From: Macrostomum lignano
Taxonomy: Eukaryota
Direction of reading: 5' to 3'
DNA: 64,000 bases
Assembly: GCA_002269645.1 (NCBI GenBank)
Contig: NIVC01001848.1
Coordinates: 166,442-230,441 of the forward strand
The notes under the pieces: model-generated
Told to the model about the DNA's origin: nothing
Seen by the model: the letters and a program-made list of their open reading frames with translations, nothing else
Databases searched by the model: none
Position numbers and translations under genes: made by a program
Part shown: in pieces, positions 49,948 to 64,000 of the stretch
How positions within the stretch are numbered: position 1 is the first letter of the stretch
Layout: each line of letters opens with the position of its first letter

Positions 49948-50535
49948 GTCATTGTGTAACACCGGTTCATTACTGAGCTGTCATTGTGTAACACCGGTTC
50001 ATTACTGAGCTGTCATTGTGTAACACCGGTTCATTACTGAGCTGTCATTGTGTAACACCGGTTCATTACTGAGCTGTCATTGTGTAACACGTCATTACTG
50101 AGCTGTCATTGTGTAACACCGGTTCATTACTGAGCTGTCAGTGTGTAACACCGGTTCATTACTGAGCTGTCATTGTGTAACACGTCATTACTGAGCTGTC
50201 ATTGTGTAACACCGGTTCATTACTGAGCTGTCAGTGTGTAACACCGGTTCATTACTGAGCTGTCATTGTGTAACACGTCATTACTGAGCTGTCATTGTGT
50301 AACACCGGTTCATTACTGAGCTGTCAGTGTGTAACACCGGTTCATTACTGAGCTGTCAGTGTGTAACACCGGTTTACTACTGAGCAGTCAGTGTATAACA
50401 CCGGTTCATTACTGAGCTGTCAGTGTATAACACCGGTTTACTACTGAGCAGTCAGTGTATAACACCGGTTCATTACTGAGCTGTCAGTGTATAACACCGG
50501 TTCATGACTGAGCTGTCAGTGTGTAACACCGGTTC
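49948..50535. repeat. 32-bp minisatellite (GTCATTGTGTAACACCGGTTCATTACTGAGCT)
   Basis: Visible tandem units; some carry a short deletion. Confidence 0.96.
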
Positions 50536-51154
50536 AATAATTTTTCACTGGACGATCATTTTGTCTCAATCTCATCCTTCTCCTTATAGTGAAAAATCAC
50601 GAGTAAAAGAAACTTTCTGAGAGAGACGAACATTTGACACTCTTCCCGAAAACTGTGAACCAGAAGTAACAGCTATTGTTTGCTATCCAGAAGTCCTAAA
50701 AACGGTCATATAAGATTTTATAATGTAATATAGACTCTAATGACAAAGCAAACAAGATATACATAGCTATCTACAGCAATTGTCTGATGGATAAAGCAAA
50801 GGCCGTTCGTATAGAGTAGGCAATACATAACAGGCAGACAACCTACTCTAGTTTCTTGATGCACCGCACAACTAATTAACTACACTGCACAGTTCACATA
50901 TCCAAATTTCCGATATTTTATATACGCTACTGACAGTAGAGCAGTTTGCATGTGGCGATGCAGAGAGAAAAATTGTGGAACATGAAAACTGAGAGAATCG
51001 GTGCAAACGATAAATGAAACTTATTGGATATTAAAAGACACAGACGGAGATACAATGCAATTTCAATCCCAAGCTTAAAAACCAACTATTATCCGTAAAA
51101 ATAAGAGAAAAATAACACAATCACAAGATCAGGCGACACGTGTTAAACCAGCAG

Positions 51155-56516
<5,362 letters not shown>

Positions 56517-57134
56517 TGTGTATTTATTATTTATTAGATACAAAGTATGGTTATAATAAAACTATGTGTTAGCTAGCAGCTACACACAGCTGTCCTGTCT
56601 TGCTTCTGTGAGTCCTGCACGTAAATATATAAATAAATGCAAACTCTTTGCAATTATGAGCATAAGCAATATATTGAATAAGCTGTTTGATATAAAATAC
56701 ACATTATCTTTTTTGCCCCGTAAAGAGTAATTAGCTGTATTTGTTAAGTCTGGTCAAAAGATTTGAACCAACAAAAAATGCCATGCAACTAAAAAAGAAT
56801 ACAACCTTCTTTGTTAAAAATATAAGAGTGAACACCGTCACAGGACTTCGTTGTTTAACATTATTGTTTCAAGGGGCCTTTACAAATTGCTTGTTAGCTG
56901 GTTCTAGAACCAGATCCAATTTTATAAATTATAACTTTTTGTCTCCTAAACTATAGAGGGATATACGTGCTATAAAGTTGTAACTATTCAGAATGGGTAT
57001 AGCTAAGAAGAAAATGAAAAAAAATTGCAAAAGTGAGGCTGTTAAGGCATTCAAACATTTAACGAAGTTAAATAGTAATACTGCTTTTTTTCTAGGAAGA
57101 TCCGAACTGGTTCTGGAATTGGTAATGTGAAAAG

Positions 57135-57450
57135 CCTGAAGGACTACTTAACTAGAAGGACGGGAAACTACGTATCTTACAAAATGTTAAGGAGGCAGGG
57201 TTTTCGCCGAAAAAATACACTATGGCAGATATTACGTTTTTTATATTTTTCAGAACAAAAAGTGTTATTGCTTTCGATAAGAGGCAGACCCAACGTTCAT
57301 CTTTTGATATGTTGTGCCTTTCTTATAATTCTATTGATATTCATAAAAGCCTTTCGTTCAGAAAATTAGGACTGCATATTAATTTTTATTCTAGCTACGT
57401 ACAATTGTACATGTCCCGTGCCTAAAAACCATTAAAATGCACGGCACGGA
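57135..57450. mobile_element. Third copy of the interspersed repeat found at 20715-21380
   Basis: TGTTATTGCTTTCGATAAGAGGCAGACCCAACGTTCATCTTTTGATATG... is shared. Confidence 0.7.
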
Positions 57451-58604
57451 AAGATTTAAGTTTGTACTGTAGAATTGCATGCTAAAGAAATAAAAATACA
57501 AAAGTGCTTCTTTTCATCAGTTTGCCATGTGATAGCGTGCAGCATGAAAAGAAAAGCTCACTATTATTGTTTATATCTGCCAGCACGAATTTGTGGTGAC
57601 AAAATTTGATTGCAGTAAAATAATATATGCAAAAGCATAATTGCGGGGAAATTGTGCAAAAATTATGGAAATCAATTACTATACAATACAACTTTTTGTG
57701 CACCAATAAAAATAGTTAAATAGGTAGAGAAATGTATAAAATTGGACTATACAATATGGCGAAATGTGTGCAGTAATTCATTACGGTAGTATATAAATAA
57801 TTCCCTGCTCTCGCAATCAAGAAGCGAGCAAGTACTATTGGTCACTCAAGTTTTGACCACATTTAAAGAACAACTTTTGAATCAATGAGTCCGGAATCTT
57901 GTAGGCATTTGTCCCTAATCAAGGCGTCTTGACCAGTTAAAAAAATTGGACAAGACAAAACAGTTAAACTGCACAGAAGCTCAATGTAAAAATAAGAATA
58001 ATTCTGATGATAAAAATTGCATTTTTGGAGTGTGTTGTAACCCATAGTTATAAAAATGGCTTTGTTAACAAAGTTTTAACATTGCGCTAAGCGCTCTATT
58101 TAAGATAATAAAGTATTATCTGCATCAAAGGAAATATGCACATCCATATAACATATTGAATATCCATACATAACCTAGATAAAGTCACTCACATTATCAT
58201 CACATAGAGGCTACTGGCTAATATTTATAGCAATTCAACAAAATAAAGAATTAATATATTTGGCCGAAAGCGAGTTTCATACTACGAGCGTAGTTGTAGT
58301 AGTGTATAACGAACACCGAGATAGAAAGCTTTTATGACGCAATTCAGGCCATAGACAATTGGTGAATTACGCCATAGCTTACGTATGTGCGCTACGTACT
58401 ACTAACTTGAAAGTGGCGCAGTAGACATGGCGCTTATTACAATAAGATCAAATTAAATACTGCTTGTTCCAGTGGATTAAGAATCAAGTTTAAACCAAAT
58501 ACAACTGGTATAGTAAATAAGACATTTAAAATGATACACATGCTTTTACGAGCCACGTATACCAAGAAAAGAATCCAACATCAAAGCAGGTGCTTGTATC
58601 GCAG

Positions 58605-61600
58605 CTATACACAGGAATGCTGTAAATTCTCGTGTGATGCTGTAGGTGACTGCAGCGGCGTTCTCGGCCTGTAGCTTTGGTCTCCATAGCCGCTGTTGTG
58701 ACCGTGCGACGGCTGGGTGTAGCCGGCCGTGTAGATCGGCGAGCAGTGATCAACTGAATTGTTTTTTTTGAATTGCGATTAAAAATTTTACAATAAGAAA
58801 GTCTAACAGTTTAGCTCTCACTAATAAAAGTTGTACACTTTACTAAATGTATGACCATCTTACTATAAGTAGTGCAGGCTACAATAAGTAACGCACCTTA
58901 CTATGATTAAAAACATGCTACTATAAGTAGTAGCATATATACTATACATAGTATATATACATATACTACATATACATATACTACATATACTACATATACT
59001 ATACATAGAAACACCCCACCAATAAGTAGTGCACCCTACTATAAGCAGCAACAGCCTGGAACGTAAAGTAGTAACACCATAGCCGCTGTTATTAGCAGCA
59101 CCCTACTATAAGTAGCAAGTTCACTAACCGTGGCCGTTTTGTGTGGCCGAATCCGCACTGGGCGTGAGCCGAGTATCGTCAGTGACCGGATTGCTAGAGG
59201 CGGCCTGTCGCTGCGAGTTTTTGAGTAGTGGCATCTGGATAAGAAAATTGAAAAATACTCCTTATATACTACTTCTAACACGTTACTATAAGTAATAAAC
59301 AGCCTCAAATATAAGTGTGATATTCCCTGTCTTGATATTTGTTCACTGTTTATTGTTGCCATAAGCATAAAGCAACAGGTAAAAAAAGATAAAAAACACA
59401 ATGCCCACCTCTGGGAGGGGATATTTCTCATCCAAGGCTGGCGGAATTGGAGCGCGGTTACGACAGCATAGATAGCAACCGAAAGAGAGACTAGCAATCA
59501 GGACAACAGCCAGACCGATGCAAATGAGCCAAATTGTCATCGACCAATCCATTGAACTGTTTGATCGCCATCTCTTCAGCGAACGAAAAATCAAATGCCG
59601 CCCAGACCGAGCCTCGACAATGCCAGCGCGGCCGGAAGTTCCATAATTGAAACTGTCAGACAACGGCGGCAGGCGGCAGTGAATTCGTCTGGGCAAGGCG
59701 CGGTCTCTGCTGCACCGGATGCTGGAGTTGGAGCCACCACCCACCGGCCGAATCCAATAGGACTCAATATGCAAGTGACCGCGGCAGCTGGTCTCCGCCA
59801 GTGTCAACAGCGAATTCTTCTCTTCAATAACGGAAATTTCCGGCTGCATAGTGGAGCCGCCGTCCACCAGGTGGCACAGGCAAGCGGGCCGGCCGGCCCC
59901 GTAGCGAGCCAACCGGACAGTCAGATTGGTCCCAACAGTGTCCACTGGCAGCCCGTCCGAGCTCGCTAACAATGTCCCATTCAGCAGCCAGACTCGCTGG
60001 CACTCTGCCAGACTGTCGCCGGACAATGCCGACTTCTCGCAGGCGACGATCTCGGGCCGGTCGGCGCTGCTGCCAGACCAGACGAAGACTCGCCGACTGC
60101 CAAGGCGATCCGTGATGTCCAGCAGTTCGTCAGCTGGCGCAGGCGAACTGCTTGACTGCGGTTGCAGAGCGCAGTCCTGCAGCCAGGCGATTTCAACGGC
60201 GCCAACGGCTGGCGGCCCAACACCGACGCTGGTGGCCGCGGCGACTCGCAGCTTCTCAAAACCAGCAACCAGCTGATGCCGCTCCGGTTGCCAGGCAACA
60301 AACTCAACCTGCTTGCCGACAGTAACGCTGCTGTTTCTCCCCCAGCCGGTGTCGCTAACCACAAACTGGCGAATGCGACCGTTGCGACAATGCAACGGTG
60401 GCAAAGCGGCGCCGATAGAATTCTCGCTTGGCGCCGTCAGCACCAGAGCCGGAGGCGCGCACGGCGCCGATTCGGGAGACACGAATGATTCCACAATGGG
60501 ATCGGAGTCGTAGCCTGCATAGTAGCGAGGCTGGCAAACTGCTCGAATATTGAACTGCTCACCGTGGCGCAGCAAGCTGTAGGTGTTGTTGAATGCCAAG
60601 CTGGTATGGTTGCTAATCTGGGTGGCAACGAGTTGCTGGGCGGATGTCAAAATATCCACCCTGTAGGTGTAGTTCTGATCCGATGTTGTAACGGTCGGAC
60701 TCTCCCAGCTCACCACAAGGCGGCTGTTGGACTGAAAGTTGGCGCGAAGGCCGCCAACTGGTAGCGGCTTCTCTGCGCGTGGGGAATTACAGGATTAGGG
60801 AAGTTGAAAACAACTCAGTATGTGTGGATGGGACTTCTAACAATATCCCAAAATAACTATGGGATCGGATCTCTAACAATATCCCAAAACTACAATGGAT
60901 ATGGAATTTCTCCTAAAATATCCCAAAACTACAATGGAGATGGGACTTCTCCTAAAATATCCCAAAGCTACAGTGCAACGGGATTTCTCCTAAAATATCC
61001 CAAAGCTACAATGCAACGGGATTTCTCCTAAAATATCCCAAAGCTACAATGGAACGGGATTTCTCCTAAAATATCCCAAAGCTACAATGGAACGGGATTT
61101 CTCCTAAAATATCCCAAAGCTACAATGGAACGGGATTTCTCCTAAAATATCCCAAAGCTACAATGCAACGGGATTTCTCCTAAAATATCCCAAAGCTACA
61201 ATGGAACGGGATTTCTCCTAAAATATCCCAAAGCTACAATGCAACGGGATTTCACCTAAAATATCCCAAAGCTACAATGCAACGGGATTTCTCCTAAAAT
61301 ATCCCAAAACTACAATGGATATGGAATTTCTCCTAAAATATCCCAAAACTACAATGCAACGGGATTTCTCCTAAAATATCCCAAAGCTACAATGGAACGG
61401 GATTTCTCCTAAAATATCCCAAAGCTACAATGGAACGGGATTTCTCCTAAAATATCCCAAAGCTACAATGCAACGGGATTTCACCTAAAATATCCCAAAG
61501 CTACAATGCAACGGGATTTCTCCTAAAATATCCCAAAGCTACAATGGAACGGGATTTCTCCTAAAATATCCCAAAGCTACAATGGAACGGGATTTCTCCT

Positions 61601-62422
61601 AAAATATCCCAAAGCTACAATGCAACGGGATTTCACCTAAAATATCCCAAAGCTACAATGGAACGGGATTTCTCCTAAAATATCCCAAAGCTACAATGGA
61701 ACGGGATTTCTCCTAAAATATCCCAAAGCTACAATGGAACGGGATTTCACCTAAAATATCCCAAAACTACAATGGAACGGGATTTCTCCTAAAATATCCC
61801 AAAACTACAATGCAACGGGATTTCACCTAAAATATCCCAAAACTACAATGCAACGGGATTTCACCTAAAATATCCCAAAACTACAATGGAACGGGATTTC
61901 ACCTAAAATATCCCAAAGCTACAATGGAACGGGATTTCTCCTAAAATATCCCAAAGCTACAATGGAACGGGATTTCACCTAAAATATCCCAAAGCTACAA
62001 TTAAGTCAGTGGCTTTATTTCAATAATAATCCCATAACTACTCTACAAAGAGGTGTGATTTTTAGAAAGTGTCTATTGGCATAAATTAAAAAGATATGCT
62101 TCAAAATAGCTATGAGCGCTATTTCACATATTAATTTACAGAAAACGATAATAAAATAAGTTTTTCCAGCAAAAAACCAACCTTTATCCCGCCGATCAAA
62201 TTTCCAAGTGGCGTTGGTGCACCAGCCAATATTGTTGCACAGCTCAGCAAAAACTTCCATATCGTCCTCAAGACCCGTCTGGCACTTATTCCCCAGTCGC
62301 AGTTGCCCAAGCTGTTGCAAGCGCAGCTGTCGTTACAGACTGGAGTAGAACTTTTATGGCCACTAATATCAATAGTGGCGGTTGTTGTTTTTGTACAATT
62401 CCGACCCTCGGGACCCGTGAAC
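58605..62422 (-). CDS. Type I membrane protein: Cys-rich/EGF-like segment, FN3 repeats, TM and non-catalytic tail ending in a PDZ motif (5' exons unresolved; 1-nt frameshift at about 62292)
   Basis: Exons 62422-62182, 60772-59409, 59234-59129, 58753-58605, phase-compatible after +1 G in a G-run. FN3 hallmarks PLPVGGL..LVVSWESP and PPLHCRNGRIRQFVV..LRVAAATSVGVGP; TM TIWLICIGLAVVLIASLSFGCYLCC; ends HSCV*. Confidence 0.75.
60860..62000. repeat. 38-bp minisatellite (CCTAAAATATCCCAAAGCTACAATGGAACGGGATTTCT) in an intron of the FN3 gene
   Basis: About 29 visible units. Confidence 0.97.
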
Positions 62423-63884
62423 CTGCGGATAATGAGCATTAGCAGTGAAAAGAAATAGTTCAAAAGTTGAACTTTTTCATTTAAATTTTCGCTGCTTAAA
62501 AAGGTTTTTTGTCTACGTTAGTATTTTTTATGACAGACATTACTGCTCATTCCCCCCCCCGACTCCCCTGAGCAGGCGCGCGGATACGACCCTGACTTTA
62601 TTTATCGCTAGGCATGTACACTTCACCGTGCCTTGGGGGTTGGCCCTCAAGGCCGTTAATTTCACAAGCAGAGCCAAGCCGATATTTCAATATAGCTCCA
62701 AATTAATGTGACTGACTGCACTTGGAATCGAGCCTGGGCCGCTGGCGCATCAGAGCGCCGCGCTGGAGCCCTGGGCTACGGCCCACCCATCTAAGGTAGT
62801 AAAACAAAGCCTGAGTTTTTATTGGCTTCTGCCAACCACAAATACTAGAACAACTAGATGGGCCACTCAGCACATTTGCGTGTATGCTACTTTCAGTTCA
62901 GTAGTAAGTTAAATGGAAGCATTTAATATATTCATAAAGCCATGGCTCATTTATTAGCTCTTAGTCTTACCCCCAGCTTAAACACTCCAACCGCGCCCGT
63001 CCACATTACCCCCCGCCCCGCCCCAATTTTTATTGCCTTTCTTGGAATTCCAGCCTAAAGCTGCCATGTACATTTCAGTGGACTGGCTAATGTACATTAT
63101 TGCTGAACCAATTAGCAAGTTGTTTACGTCTGCAAGCTTTGGCTTCTAAACTTATCAAAGTTATTTCAGCTGCCTTTTTTTTATAAAATAGCTTATGTAT
63201 TCTTCTTTGCTACTGAACTGAAAGCAGAAAGCTGTTTTATTAACTATATAAGCCTGAGTGGCGTCGCCCATCTAGTTTTTTAGCATCTGTGCTCAAAACT
63301 GAAAAATAAGCCACAAATTGTCACTCAAAAATGGGCTCTTACTTTAAAATTGTGTAAAAATCTGTGTCTATGTCACAAACATACAGAAAAACTTAAGTAA
63401 AATGCATTCAGCATGTGGATCAAGTAATTATAGCGTCTATTCGTATTTGCTTATAGCAGAATCACGCGGTCAAAAACTACTGCTTAATGATACGCGATAT
63501 ATACTACTGCTTTTTGTCAGCAAAGTGGCGGATCAAGTGGAGCAGCAGCCACTGCCACAGAACTGCACTCGGCACCATAGACAATCAAGTGAATCAGTTC
63601 TGCGGTCAGAATACTTGCTATGGAATTGCCAGCTGTCCGCTTGACTGGCTTCATCGTCTATGGCCGAGTGCAGATCTTAATTATAAATTTATTAATTTGG
63701 TAATAAAATTCAAAAGTGCATCAATGTACTTTTGACACCCGGAATCGCAGGATATTTTATGGCTTGCACTGAAACAAGAAGACATTGTGCACTTAGTATT
63801 TGAGCAAGAATAAATAAATAATAACTCTAAATACAATATATACGAGCAAAAGGTGTGAGATCTCTGACACTATCTCTCTAACAT

Positions 63885-64000
63885 TTCATATCCCCGACAC
63901 TTCATATCTCCGACAGTTCATATCTCCGACAGTTCATTTCTCCGACAGTTCATATCAATCTCGACACAATATCTCGACAGTTCATATCTCCGACACTTCA
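63885..64000. repeat. 16-bp repeat (TTCATATCTCCGACAG) running off the window end
   Basis: Visible by eye. Confidence 0.85.

Noticed and set aside
60860-62000. NF-kB site array (GGGATTTCTCC)
   Set aside because: Mismatches the GGGRNWYYCC consensus; no other support.

Overview
Eukaryotic (animal) genomic DNA: GC-rich spliced exons in AT-rich introns packed with unrelated mini- and microsatellites. This pattern suggests a free-living flatworm such as Macrostomum lignano (inference, not verified). Most long ORFs in the track are repeat artefacts. By hand-checking GT/AG boundaries and intron phases I reconstruct seven genes: an RGK-family small GTPase (+, 5 exons); an intronless GT32 SUR1/OCH1-like glycosyltransferase (+); CFAP126/Flattop (-, 4 exons); a syndecan (+, at least 7 exons over 14 kb); V-ATPase c subunit (+, 2 exons); YIPF4 (-, 3 exons); and a non-catalytic Cys-rich/FN3 type I membrane protein (-, 5' end unresolved). 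The main candidate novelty is the syndecan, whose ectodomain appears to contain a perlecan-type SEA domain with an FRKG|SIVA autoproteolysis-type motif in a phase 1-1 cassette. Also notable: minisatellites that are tandem arrays of RFX X-box and AP-1 motifs, a 39-bp hairpin element with an 8-bp TSD, and single-base frameshifts in three genes.
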